Positions 28,152-40,702 of a DNA stretch of 64,000 bases are shown here, piece after piece. Both the position numbers and the translations under genes were made by a program. Each line of letters opens with the position of its first letter. The stretch's first letter is position 1. The notes beneath the pieces are model-generated. The model made no database searches. It worked only from the letters and a program-made list of their open reading frames with translations, and was not told where the DNA came from. Origin of the DNA: Calcarisporiella thermophila CBS 279.70 (Eukaryota; Fungi; Calcarisporiellomycota); NCBI RefSeq assembly GCF_041956535.1, contig NW_027192191.1, positions 1,375,443 to 1,439,442 on the forward strand, given 5' to 3'.

Positions 28152-28206
28152 TTACAGGATGTCAAGTTAGAAATTATATTATAATTTCTAACTCGACATC
28201 CTGTAA
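28152..28206. mobile_element. Near-perfect inverted repeat; candidate minimal TA-flanked Tc1/mariner MITE remnant
   Basis: 26-bp arms with 1 mismatch and 3-nt loop: TTACAGGATGTCAAGTTAGAAATTAT-ATT-ATAATTTCTAACTCGACATCCTGTAA. Confidence 0.5.
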
Positions 28207-29104
28207 ATTGCTGTAGATACCTGCTTATGTACAGAGTTATTTATTTTATCTGAACACTGGGCCTCTCCTGGCTGAGCATGTGTCATTGCACATCAATCTT
28301 ACCCTTTTTTGAGCTATAAAATTTATAACCGGCTTCCCAAATAAGCTTCATCAATATATTGGAGGCTGAATTGTGGCGGTCTGTGAGAGGATACGTATCC
28401 AGTGAACCTTTATTTAACACAATTGAATATCAGCAAACAAACAAGATCATAGTGTATTTAACAAATAAAGCTGCAGTCATAACTCATCCATTGCATCCCG
28501 TGTTATGAAAATGGGGAAACTTGTCTCTTTTCTTGTTCCCCATCTCCCTCTTGGGATTCATCGTATCCAAATCAATTGAATAAACAGAGTGGAGTGATGA
28601 ACCACCAGACCACTCCCGCCTACTTCAATATTCTAAAAGCTTATTCGGGAGGACAGACTATCATGCAGGTAACTTACCTGATTATGATTGCTCGCCAAAT
28701 GAGAATGCAAATGGAACCCGTTACATTCAAAGCTCAGACGGAAGGCTCATCCCCGCCCACCCTATATTCGCATTTACTCAATTAAGCTAAGTGTTCACCT
28801 CAAGGATGTGTGGCTTTACATGTGTGTTACCATATTTGGGTTGTGGCGGTGACTATCAAGAGGCATTCGTTGGTTGTTCAAATAACAAGCCATTACGGGG
28901 ACATCACATAACATGACAGTATACTAGCTCGCTACCCTCCGAAGCACTTCATTAAGACGATTGGATATTAGTGGACAGGCTTTATTATCTCAGATAATTA
29001 TTGTTGCCACTATATATAAACACTAAAACTGAAGCCCTAAATAGTTTTATTCCTCCACCTACACCTCGACCGCGCTTTTTCTTTTGGTTTTCCCGATCTA
29101 TATC

Positions 29105-29551
29105 ATGAAGGCTCTCTCTATTCTTTTTGTTACCCTCCTCCCCACCCTCTCCCTTGCTGCCGATCATTTTGAACTCTTCAAGCGGCAAATTAACAACTAT
29201 CCCTCATGCGCTACAAATTGCACTGACTTAATTAGCTTAGCTGGCAAATGCATGCCCAAGGGTATCACTTCTCCTGAACAAGTGACAAAGGAAGTGCAAT
29301 TGCAAGCTATCCAATGCTTCTGCAATTCGCAAGATGCTGCCATTAGCGCTTATCAAAAATGCGCTCAGGTCTGTCCCCAATTAATGCAGTCCATTAGCTC
29401 TATTCCAACCGCGGAGAGTATCAAAGAAGGATGCAAAAACCCTCAGCAGGTTTTGGCAAATCAGAAGTCTGCAGCTTCTTCCAACGGAAAGATGGTTCGA
29501 GTAGGTGCAATGGCTGTCGCTGGCCTTGGTGCTGCTGCTGTCATGCTTTAA
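29105..29551 (+). CDS. Small secreted 8-Cys, probably GPI-anchored protein (CFEM-like spacing)
   Basis: Signal peptide, KR site, PSCATNC..C..CFC..C...C..C, Ser/Ala omega region and hydrophobic tail; TATA at ~29011-29020. Confidence 0.8.
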   Translation: MKALSILFVTLLPTLSLAADHFELFKRQINNYPSCATNCTDLISLAGKCMPKGITSPEQVTKEVQLQAIQCFCNSQDAAISAYQKCAQVCPQLMQSISSIPTAESIKEGCKNPQQVLANQKSAASSNGKMVRVGAMAVAGLGAAAVML

Positions 29552-32431
29552 TGTGCGCGCTACTTCCGTGCCTTTGTTCTGCAATAAAAGTCCTCATATT
29601 AGGGACGTTGTTCTATTACTTCTGTCTATGATCCAACCATTCCTGCGGTGTTTGTTATCGGTTGGGGTTTGCCTGTACTCTCCTGGGTTTTCTCTCTGGA
29701 AGAATCACCCAAAATAAATATGTAACTATTCCAGATTAAGCAACTGGTTACATTGTGTTAAATTTCTGTGAAACGCTTCATTCTAAATCCTGTAGATGAG
29801 TTTGGTAACTTTGGATTTCACCACCCAGCTCAAAGGCAAGCCAGTCAAAATTTAAAATATTAATTTCAGTGAAAATGCAATTCACGCAAGCAGTCCAATA
29901 TTTAGTCCGTTTAAAGAGCTTGTTCTCGGCTAATTCAAAAGAATTTGATTTTATCGGCCTTATACACTCTAGCTCTTTCGAACTCTCAGCTTTATGGATG
30001 ATGTTGGACTCCAGACTATTCCATTGTCAAACCCTTGTTTATATTTTAAGCCAATATAACAGGTATTAAGCGCAACCATTATATATATACTATATATAGG
30101 GGATTTTTAAAGAGTCGACGAATTCGCTACACATCGAGTTTGCTGTAATTTCTCAGCTTAGTCACGAATTTTGCGATCAAATTTGGATTTACCCTGGTAA
30201 TTGAGAGGGTATCTAGGGAAGAAGTTTGCCTCAAGCATTTGTCTGTTACTGATCAATGACGCCACAGTTAGAGACATCAAACCCTACCTCTGGTATTGGT
30301 AGCTTATTCCGACCGTGATATTGCTAAGTTCATTTTTAATATTGCAATATCTCATTTCTTGAACGATTCAACTGTTTTATTTAGTCTCATCCGGTTATAA
30401 ATCCTTTGAAATGAATTTCAAAATATCTCGATGTTAAAATGATTCCTCTATAGCCAAACCATAAAAATTCAAATTCTTTGCAAAGTAGAATTAAAAAACG
30501 AGGGATAAATGGCCCACATGAATACAATCCGGTTCGATGGAGAATAGTGAGAGTATCATTGGTGAAGCAGAGGGTAATTTATAAGAAAACCTTTATTTTT
30601 AACGGTATGGAAAAGCAAAAACACATCTATTTACATAGTGCTGTACTCAAACCGGCTAATGCTGCTTACACTTTAATTATCAGAGGCGGATAATTTATAT
30701 AAAAGAGAACTAGAATACTCCGTTAAAATGAGATAGAGTTGCAGTTAAGATAAACTTTTACTTCGATATTTGTTTAATAAGCTACGTTTGATCAATATCA
30801 ATCCTTATTAAGTTTGTGATTAGATTTTTCCCAATGGTGTCGCAATAGCACAGCTGACGAAGAAACCCTATATTCTTGCTGTGGAGAGCGGAGCCCTACT
30901 TAAGCCCATTTGTGATTGTTCGCCACGGCTTAAGGCCTTCTTACTTCATCCAAATCGGGGGTTGAAATTAAGCCCTAAAGATGCGCAATTTCAATTCTCC
31001 AACCCAAGTTCAGGTATAATGGCTATCTTTCCAACGCTGCATTGCTGCAAACCGAGATGAGAGGATCACGAAAAAGCAAGCAAAGTAGATGGGCTGGCGA
31101 GTATGGGCTCATTGAATCCTGCACCTTTGTGACCATTTTCAGGGTTAAGAGGATGCAATAAGCTGAACAAACCATGGAGGATCATCAAAACATATCCATG
31201 TCGTCGTATATAAAATTACTCAAATTATCGGACAGCTTGGAGATGAAATTTTCTTTTTTCTCTATAGTCAGCAATCCATGCTGACATATTCCCTCCTGCT
31301 TAGTCCCCCTTCATCTGACTTGTACTAAAGACCTCCTTGCATGGGTTATGAATCCTCAACATCATACTCGTTAGTTCACCTGTTTTCTTTTCTTCCCAAT
31401 GTTAAAAATAAAGTACAAGCTAGCGTAGTAATTTATTAACCCACTTATTAGGGATCTCATGCAATTAATTAAATTGTTCGTGCTTCTCAGTCCAAGATGT
31501 CGCTAGAATCATTTTACTATAATATCTGAACAAACAATTTAAGAGCAGCTTGCTAGAAACAAGTCAAGTATGGATTCCCGCCTCGCCTCTATTTGAGGAA
31601 TTCTTTGGATTATTATGACACATCGAATTGCGAAATTAGTGTTTTTTGCAATAAATTTCTTGGCTTTGCCACCTCTCTCCCAACCTAATCGTTTAAAGCC
31701 CCTAAGAGAGAATAATACGTGGGGTGTTGCTATCTTATACCACAGATTGTAGCATTTTAGCGATTTTTCGGTAATAATTTTGCTGGTATTGAAAGCTTGA
31801 GAAAGTCCGTCTCTTGTATACAAAATTTAGCAGTTAGGGATTTGGTCCCAGCTTCTTTACTAATCTCTGCGCAAAACAGTTATATCAAAAAGTTTATGTG
31901 GTCGGGTCAAGCGGAGCTAGAATCGCAACTAAAGTAAAGGCAGCTTTTCCCCGGAGTGTTCGGATAAATGTTATGACAGGCGTTTGAATGACCTTTGATT
32001 AAGGCGGATTGACTATTACTTTGCGAGGAGAGGTGTCTCCCCTGGCGTTAGTGTGGAATAACTCCTCGAAGGGGTTTCTAGGGGAATATTTGAATCATCG
32101 ACGGCATTGATTGCCATGGCCAGTGGATGCAGATGATGAATATCCCCCAGTCTTGGATTAGAAATTTGCGCGCATTTCCATTTACAACCAAAGCACAGAT
32201 ATGGTTAGGCCGATTTTCCCTTTACTATCACCTAATTTTGTACGCTCCTAGGTCATCTCTCAATTTCTCCCGGGCGCTCAGAAAATTACGAAAATCCATC
32301 CTCAAATGACGTTTTTTTACCGTCTGAACTATATTTATTGTCGCAGTTTTTCCAATTTCTCATTTTCTTCTAAAGGCCCCTTGCAGATATACCACGTGGA
32401 GCGAAATCAAAACAGCTTAACGATCTTGATC

Positions 32432-33340
32432 ATGTTCCGCACAGCGCTAGTGTCCTTGTTTGCCACCGCTCTTTTCGCTACTGCGACGTGGGGCGCCCCA
32501 ACTGGAGACGATGCCAAGCCAGTGTCTTTGGAGCTCTTCGTTATGAGCCGCTGCCCCGACGCAAGGAGGTGCGAGGCGCTCTTCACTGATGTTTGTAAGC
32601 TTTCGTGCCTTACCCTTAAGACAGGTCCAAATATACTAACTGGATGAACAAAATACCTGGTCCATGCAGTGAAAAAGGTAACCGTGCCTGTTGATTTCGC
32701 CTTTAACTACGTGGCCAAAAAGAATGAGACGGACCAATATGGAGCAACCTGGTAATTGTTCATGCCCTCTTTTTTCTTTCTGATCCGACTCGGTTTCTCA
32801 ATATCGATCTTGGTTTGGGTCTCTTTAGTAAGCATGGTGCCATAGAGTGCCTGGGGAACATTCAACAGCTTTGTTTCCACGAGGCCTATCCAGAGGCCGA
32901 CTGGTTGCGCTACGCGAATTGTATGAATGCAGAGTATGAGAGCATCGGAAGGGAAATAACTGGAGAAGCCCTGGCTCAGAAATGCGGTAAGCATCCTTTG
33001 TGTATCATTTCTGACTCTTACCATGCATATTGACTCCTTGGATCTACTCAATTCCACCTCAGCTATTGAGCAAGAAAAGGACTTTGCTCCCATCAAGACC
33101 TGCATCGAAAGTGGGAGAGGCGAGGAGCTGCACTTGGCCTCCATCGAGCGCACAGTCAACTCCAACATCACCCTCTCCTGTTCGGTGGTGATCAACGGGA
33201 AACTCGATTGCATCATCGATGGAGGTATTTGGAAGCAGTGCCAGCACAGTAATACCACGACTACGGCTGACGATTTCGCCAACATTATTAACAGCGCGAC
33301 GTCAGATCCAGTCCCGCGACTGCGTTTTGAGAGAGTTTAA
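32432..33340 (+). CDS. GILT (gamma-interferon-inducible lysosomal thiol reductase)-like protein
   Basis: Signal peptide, LFVMSRCPDA, spliced signature CKHGAIECLGN; three introns. Confidence 0.88.
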
Positions 33341-33659
33341 GAATAGCACAGGAAGCGAGAACTAGTCTTAATAGAAGATACCTTGATTAATATTTATATT
33401 TATATTGAAAAATATAAAATAAACTAACATATATATTATGCATATTGTATAATTTGAAAATCAAAGAGAAAAAAATGCAATAGGACAACAAAGCTAGGAA
33501 GACGACCTAAATAAATAGAACACCGGCTGACAATCCCATAGAACAAAATAAATCGTTGAAATAAAATTAGAATGGCAAAAATATACTATATATATTTTAT
33601 GTGTATAGAAAGAGTTTATTGTCGTGGGTTTCTCTCACCCTCCCTTCCCGTTCAAAGAA

Positions 33660-35212
33660 TTAGAATGCAGCACTAAGTCCCTCTGCAAATAGTCGAGGGT
33701 CAAGCCTTTCCGGGGCTGCACTCATGGGTGATTCTCTTGCGATTTCTCCGGAGCTCTTGGGGTTGTGCACCCCATTCCCAGAAGTTCCTGCATCCGAGGC
33801 AGAGCTCTGTCTCCGAATTGCATCGACATCAGGTCGGAATACCTCCCAGGCTCTTAGGATCTTTTTCTCCACTTCGAGTTGTCTCATGGCATATTCATTC
33901 ATAACTTTCGCCAAATCGCTGCATCCATGAGTCGCGTGCCTTGTCAGATCCTCGCGCAAACACGAGGTAATTCTTTGAAACCGCTGCTGGGTCTCTAATT
34001 CATGCGCTTTGGCATCCTGCAAGTCTTCAAGAGCCTCCGTCACCCGTTCTGCCTTGATAGTGCTAGAGGCACGTAGGCGCTCCATATGCTTTCGTCTTGA
34101 CTCTGTAGAGCGAATAGCCGATTCATGTTCCGAGAGCATAGCCAATCTATTGTCAAGCGCAAATTTTGCAGAAGATGCGTGGCTGGACTGGTATTCAAAA
34201 GCTTCTGCAAGCGTTGTGTCGCTTTCAGCCTGGAGGAGTAGGAGCTCTTGGGTTTGATGGAGGGTTTTGGCAAGCTTCAAAAGTGCACTAAAACAAGACA
34301 TTGTCAAGCATAAAGTACAAATAAAATAGAACGCATAAAAAATGCAATGGTCTCACACCTTGCTAATGATTGGTGACGCTCTCCATTTCCCATCCCAACC
34401 GTCTTAACCGCGAGCTCCTGTTCACTTGCTGCTAACCCTCGTCGTGCCTTAGCAACACGTTCCACACTTCGCAAGTTCGAAGCTAGTGTGTTTTCCAATT
34501 CTTGATAGCTGCTTTTGGCTGTTTCAAAATCTGGATCTACATCTTTCACACCGTTGCTAGTTGAAGCCACCCCTAAACCTTTGGCTATAAATCCAAGCCC
34601 GCTCGACTTTTTAGCTGTCTTGGTGGTTGCGGTACTAGGTAAAAACCCATACTCTGATTGGACAAAATCCCTTAATTCATCATCACGTGAAAGCAATTGG
34701 TGTGTAGATATACGAGCAATCCATGTCTGGACGGCAGTTTTAAAGCGATGGGTATCTTCTGCAGGATCTGAGGTTATGTTGGGAAGACGAGGTAATGCAG
34801 GCACAATACATTCTTTGTGGGTGATGGAAAGGTGCTGCTGTAATCGCTGAAACTCAACGTAGGTGCGTTCAACATTGGTCAGGGTGCGACGTTTATAGCG
34901 GGGTAGATTAGTCTATGTAGATTAGCAAGATGGCATGGTTAATAGGGAAAAAATATAGATGCGCTTCTCGGGGGTGGTCGGGTGATATTGAAAAATGAGG
35001 GAGTTTCTAATAGTTGTAGGTCACTACAATAGTAATCTGATCTACATTACCTCAGCATCGAAGCGAAAGAGAGGATCTTTACGGTTTTTGTCCACGCTTG
35101 TAATGGTAATTTTAAGATAGAAATCTTCGGCATTTGTATTTGCAGCGCTGTCTTTAGTATGTGTAGGAGAAGACAGAGAGGTGATAGTATTGGGGGCGGT
35201 GTTGGCGATCAT
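33660..35212 (-). CDS. VPS17: Retromer SNX-BAR sorting nexin, Vps17-like
   Basis: PX domain (KNRKDPLFRFDA, TNLPRY, VERTYVEFQRL, CIVPALP) followed by a helical BAR domain; two introns. Confidence 0.8.
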
Positions 35213-35405
35213 GTCAAAAGTAGGAAAATTATTGCACAGTGAAGAAGGCAAGTAAAAAAACTGAACCTTGACTCAAAATTTAAATTCAAATAGTGGCGCT
35301 GACAATCAGAAGGATTGAATGATATTTCAAGCATTTATGTTTGTCGTTTGAGACTCGACTTCGGCTTAGATTTCATAAATTGGAAGTTCTTAAAGGAATC
35401 ATAAA

Positions 35406-36739
35406 ATGACTAATTTAAGGATCCTTCTTTCCCCTTCCAACCGCATAGTGGCAAGTCGATGCTTCAGCGCAACACGTCCACGCTACCTCACAACAATACA
35501 GACTTCTTCTATAAACCTCTCCCTCCGCGTCGAATCTATGCCGATTCACAGACTGAGATCGATGCTGAAATACAAAAAAGAAACATCAAGGTAATAAGTC
35601 GTGCATCTGTTTCTTTCACGGACGCGCTGCAGCGATATTACGCTGCAGCAGAAATCCGATAAAATCCACGCGAGATTCTAAGTCATTTCTAGATATTGCT
35701 TCCCAGTCTATTTGAACCAGACTTGCTATTTCTCTACAGAGAATAGGCCCCCCTCATCTAGTGAAGAGAAGCCGAAAAAAACAACAAAGAAAGCGGTCGA
35801 AAATGCGCAACAAGTATTTAAAATGGTAGTTTTTTATTTTCCCTATTGTTTTATGTTGCCGATCTGCTATATGATTCAATTTTTACCCTTTCCCTCCCCT
35901 ACTCTGTATAGATTAAAGGCCAAATTCCGGCTCACGAAAATATCTATACGATACCCAATCTCCTCACTTTTTCACGACTAGTTGCGTCGCCTTTCTTAGG
36001 ATATCTTATAATTATTGAACAATATAAGTACGCACTTGCACTGATGGGTATAGCTGCTATCACTGATTTGGTATGTTAATATGCCTTCGTATTTTTCTGA
36101 TCATACACATTTAAAGGGAGCAATTTTATTCTGGATAGGTTGATGGGCATATTGCACGGAAGTACAACATGAAGACCGTGGTGGGATCCATCATCGATCC
36201 AGCAGCTGACAAGATGCTTATGACGGTTCTAACGGTGACGCTGGCGATGAAAGATCTGCTGCCTGGTAAATTTTCATACCTCCAATGTTACCTAACTTCT
36301 AGAGTAATTGATCTTATTCTACCTGGATAGTTCCTCTGGCTGCGATAATTCTCGGTCGTGATATAGGCCTTGTTATTTCCTCCTTCTACTATCGTTACAT
36401 TTCCCTGCCTCCCCCGGTAAACGGTTTTTTTTTTATTTTTTACTACTTTTAATTTATTTTAACCATTATTCCATGATTTTTTAGAAAACTCTTACACGCT
36501 ATTTTGATTTCTCAATTCCATCCGCAGAAGTTCATCCCACCATGATTAGCAAAGTGAACACGGCTCTTCAGATGCTTCTAATGGGTGTGACGCTTGCGGC
36601 TCCGGTTGCCGGATGGACTGATGCCATTGCTTTGGTGGGATTGCAGTGGATAGTTGGAACAACCACAGTCGCAAGCGGAGCAAGCTATGTGTTGTCAAAG
36701 GATGCGGTCAAAATTTTGCATAGGATCCCGAAGGAGTGA
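35406..36739 (+). CDS. CRD1: Cardiolipin synthase (CDP-alcohol phosphatidyltransferase)
   Basis: Mitochondrial presequence; HENIYTIPNLLTFSRL, TDLVDGHIARKYNMKTVVGSIIDPAADK, PTMISKVNTALQM. Confidence 0.93.
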
Positions 36740-36989
36740 ACCTCTCATTTCAAATTGGTGTTAGTGGATTTTTAATAGAAGCAACTGGCCATTTGTATAT
36801 TTTCTTACTAATTAGAATATATCCGCCGTATTCCCAGTTCCGTTGTAAGAATGTGGAAACGCAACGATAATGAATTAAGCATCACATTTTATCCCGAATT
36901 CCGAGAAAAGGGCATTTATTGTTCATGCCAATACCATCTATAATGCTCAAACATTATGCTAAGCTGTTAATAAATAAATAAATATATGA

Positions 36990-37022
36990 ATGAACAAATA
37001 AATAAATAAATAAATAAATAAA
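36990..37022. repeat. (AAAT)n microsatellite
   Basis: aaataaataaataaataaataaata run. Confidence 0.75.
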
Positions 37023-37118
37023 GACACAGATGGGCTATCTACATTCAATCCAGACATTCTATAGCAAGTCATTGCAGAATCCTGTTTTTCTATAGTTGTA
37101 TGATGGAAAAAGTTTGCG

Positions 37119-38490
37119 CTAGATGAAGTCCCAAGTAACGGGAACGCGCCCATCATCAAGATCCGCAATTTTCTTGAATGCATTTGGTGATAAATCGATA
37201 TCTTCATGTGCGCAGGGAGGACACTATGTATTCGCAAAAATCAGACCATGTATCAATTAGAGAGGAAAGAAATATGGGAATGGGAATTACCTTATCGACG
37301 ATGCGCACTTCCACGCTCCCTTTAGGTCCCTTTACCAGTGCGCGACGCCCACAAAGTGGTGCACCATTATCGCCTGGTCCATAGAGAGAACCACTGATAG
37401 CGGCTACTAAATCGTTATCCGTCGTAGTGGCCCTGTCGAATCCACAGGCTCCAGTACTGTCGCTTGGAGTATACCAAGTGCCTTCACCTCGTTTAGGATT
37501 AGCAAGCGATTTGGATTCTTCGTCGTTGGGTTTAGAATTATCTTTAGGATTTTGCTCTTTTTCTGGGTTAGGGGTTGGAACTGGCGCCGTATTCGGGGTT
37601 GGGGATTCCACTGTGACATTGTTTCCTGGTACAGTTTGAGTCTCAGGTGAAGGTACCGTTGTTGCCGTCATGGATGTCGAATGAGTTCCGGTTTCCGTCT
37701 GAGTCTCATTGCTTTTAATTTCTTCATTTTTTGTAGGTACACTTATAGGCTGGATAGGCTGGGCGGGTTGGGCGGGCTGCTCATTCTCCTGGATTTTCTC
37801 TTTCTTTTTCTCCTCTTTCTTTTCCGTCTCTACCACCCATTCCTCCTTTCTTTCCTCCCTACTCTTTGTTTCCGATCTTTCTTCCGAATATGTGTGTACC
37901 TCTTGTGTATTACTGTTTTCTTTTTCCTTCTCCACCTCCCACTCGTCTCCATTATACTTCTTTTCGGTTTGTATACTTTGCTCGCTACTCTCACTGGGTG
38001 CCGGATGGTTTATCGGTATAGCTTTGTTAAGTTCTTCAATCACAGTCCACCCAATACCAAGGTCTGCACATCGTTTTCCATTTTGTTCCTTTACTTCCAT
38101 TGTGCCGTTCAAGAACAAAATTATATCACGACTGAATTCAAGGGTTGTTGGGAACGACGTGCTACAAAGCAGAATTCTGGCCATGGTGCTATTGAAAAGT
38201 ACCGGGCTCATCTGAGGCTCGATTGGGACAGCGGCAGGAGCAGGCGCTGTGGTGGCAGGCTGTGGAGGTGAAAGCGGTATGCTACGCACGTATAACAAGT
38301 CGACGCATGTACCATTGAACTTGCTAAAAGCTTCAAACCCGATTTTTGTAGAAATAGCCGGAAGCTGGTCGGAGGAGAGGGTGATTGTGTTGTTGCAGAA
38401 GAGGATGCTCTTGCTCTCGCCCGAGGGCAATTGAATCGGTCTTGCTACTGAAATTGTGAATAAAAATGAAAGTAGACTGAGCCAAAACAT
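37119..38490 (-). CDS. Secreted RlpA-like double-psi beta-barrel (expansin/loosenin-like) protein with long N-terminal and charged linker regions
   Basis: Signal peptide; GEGTWY...GACG, DLVAAIS, CGRRALV, spliced IVDK|CPPCAHEDIDLSPNAFKKIADLDDGRVPVTW. Confidence 0.88.
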
Positions 38491-38803
38491 TAGGAATTCT
38501 TTATCTGATAGAAAAACTTCAAATATCCAGGAGATAGTTGAGCCGGGAATTTGTCAGCCTACTTATACTTATTAAGATGGGAGGGTAATTAAGGTTACTA
38601 AATACCCAGGAATTTTCTTTTTCTAACAGACCAATTGTGGTTGGTCTTCAAAACCCGTTTCTTTTTGTTTTATATTTTGACAGATTGATCCTGTCTTCAG
38701 CCATTAAATCAGGAAATACAATTTCTATATTAGCATCAACGTGGGTTTGTTTGAGTTTTGGAATTTGGAATTTGTATCTTTTCTATTAAAAAACATTACA
38801 CAG

Positions 38804-39312
38804 GCGAGAAAAATGGAGGAATGGGCGAAGGATACTGGCCTTGTGCAATGACTTATCCTGGCCACCTTCTCCACTGGGGTACTTTTGTCTTTCCTAAAAG
38901 AAGGATATTAATACTCTTATACTTCGATTGCTCTCTTAACCCATCAAGTTGGTTTCCGATGTGACCAACGGGAGTTGTGAGACCATTCGTATCGGAATGC
39001 TAGAGTGTTATGGAGCAATGCTGAATAAGCGGTGCGCAGACATAGGAAAGATTGCGACATATGATGCGATTGTAGATGTGCAATTAACGTTTGCCACTCT
39101 CAATATGGCAGAAAGATCAAAAATAAAGTAACTCGCAAAAGTTTACCTTGAACCTGAAGATACTGATGATTGAGGAGTAATGCATTAAGAGAAACTTTTA
39201 AATATATTTGAATTTTGGGGAGATTTCTTCCAAATTGTGAACTACTTTAAATATCATTTGCAGGGTCTCTAAAGATACTACATTTCATGGCGTTGAAGTG
39301 GAAAGTTTATAA
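38804..39312 (+). pseudogene. Possible spliced gene relic with an in-frame TGA
   Basis: Phase-consistent putative exons 38804-38878, 38949-39127, 39264-39312 bounded by GT/AG; TGA at 38849-38851; no start exon or family recognised. Confidence 0.25.
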
Positions 39313-39366
39313 AAAAAAATAAGCAAAATTATATATAATCTAAGCAAAAGTGTTCAACCAACGTCA

Positions 39367-40702
39367 TCACTCTTCATCTTCCTCTTCTTCCTCTTCATCC
39401 GCTTCATCCATATCTGATAGCACATCTTTATAAGATCGGTAAATATCATAGATTTTTTTACGGTTCGGTGCGCGAGTTGCCGGATCACCTCCTTTTCTGA
39501 ATAGCTCTGCCTTTATACCCTCTAGATCGTATCTAAAAATCTCGAGGTTTTTATTTCCGTTCTCCATCTCGTCCTCTTGTTCCTCGTCGTCACCTGCTTC
39601 ATCTTCCTCTTCCGCCATTGCTAAAATATCCGTTGTTTCACATTAGTAAAAAGAGAGTATAGAATATAAGATATAGATGAGAAATTGTCCATACCATGAA
39701 CTGCTGATTCTAAAATCCGACCAAAAATGTTCTCAACTAATTTGTTAAAGAGAATGTTGTTTGAAGTATTTGCTAGAAGGGTGAAAAATGGCTTTAACAG
39801 CTCGGCCGTGGGTACTTCGGAGGATGACTACGATAGTTATTCATGGTATTTATGATCAGTAGTGAAGAGAGGTAATGTGAAAGACTTACCTCGACCGGGA
39901 TAACTTTTTCCAACTCCTCAAGATAGACGTCAATAATGTGGTAGCGTATGCTGTCGGGGCATCGCGGATTCTCCGGACTATGAAAATTTTCGTATTAGGC
40001 TCGATCTTAATTAAATGAGAAATAAGTCAGTTTACATACGCTAATGGAACCTCTGATAGCGTATCTAGATAGCTCTCCATCATCTGCGAATCCCAGCTAT
40101 GCTCTGCAAGGAGCTTAAAAGAGTATTGTACAAATTTACGTAAGAGCATATAGTATTTGTCCATCCTATATTATGTTCTCTTTAATGCCAATGTTCAATC
40201 GAGTTACTAGTATAAACGACTATACCTGTGCCTGTCAATTCCATGCCATTCGCGACACGTTGTCTCCCAGAAGGCTTTAATAAATGAAATTACAGTTGAC
40301 TCGGGCAATTTCAATAACATGGCGGCCAGATCCTCAGCTAAAGCTTGTTGCACAAGAGGTTTATCAGACATCCAGAAACCTGAAGAGGAGTACGTTAAGA
40401 TTAGTATGTGCTCATTTTCCAAGAATATTCTCTCCTATCGACTACTTGCAATAGAACAGGCCTTTCCATAATTTCATAAGCTCAATGTATGGAAGTTGCT
40501 TTTGGCTAGTAAGGAATGCCGTGAGATTTCGCACAGCCTTATCACGGGTTTTTTTTTCTGTTCATTAGTGGCAAATGAGTAAACTATAATTCAAGGATAA
40601 TTTCCCAGGGGAACTGCTATGATTAATACGGATAATACCTGTTGAAGCAAGCTGCTTTGCGAATGGCGCAACAATATTTTGCTCCTCTGTTGTCAACTGC
40701 AT
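39367..40702 (-). CDS. RRP1: Ribosomal RNA processing protein 1 (Nop52/Rrp1)
   Basis: [48 protein letters not shown], acidic tail; includes one GC-AG intron. Confidence 0.93.

Noticed and set aside
29552-32431. Long gene-free interval searched for ncRNA, transposase or repeats
   Set aside because: No recognisable snRNA/snoRNA, terminal repeats or credible ORF; the short ORFs look random
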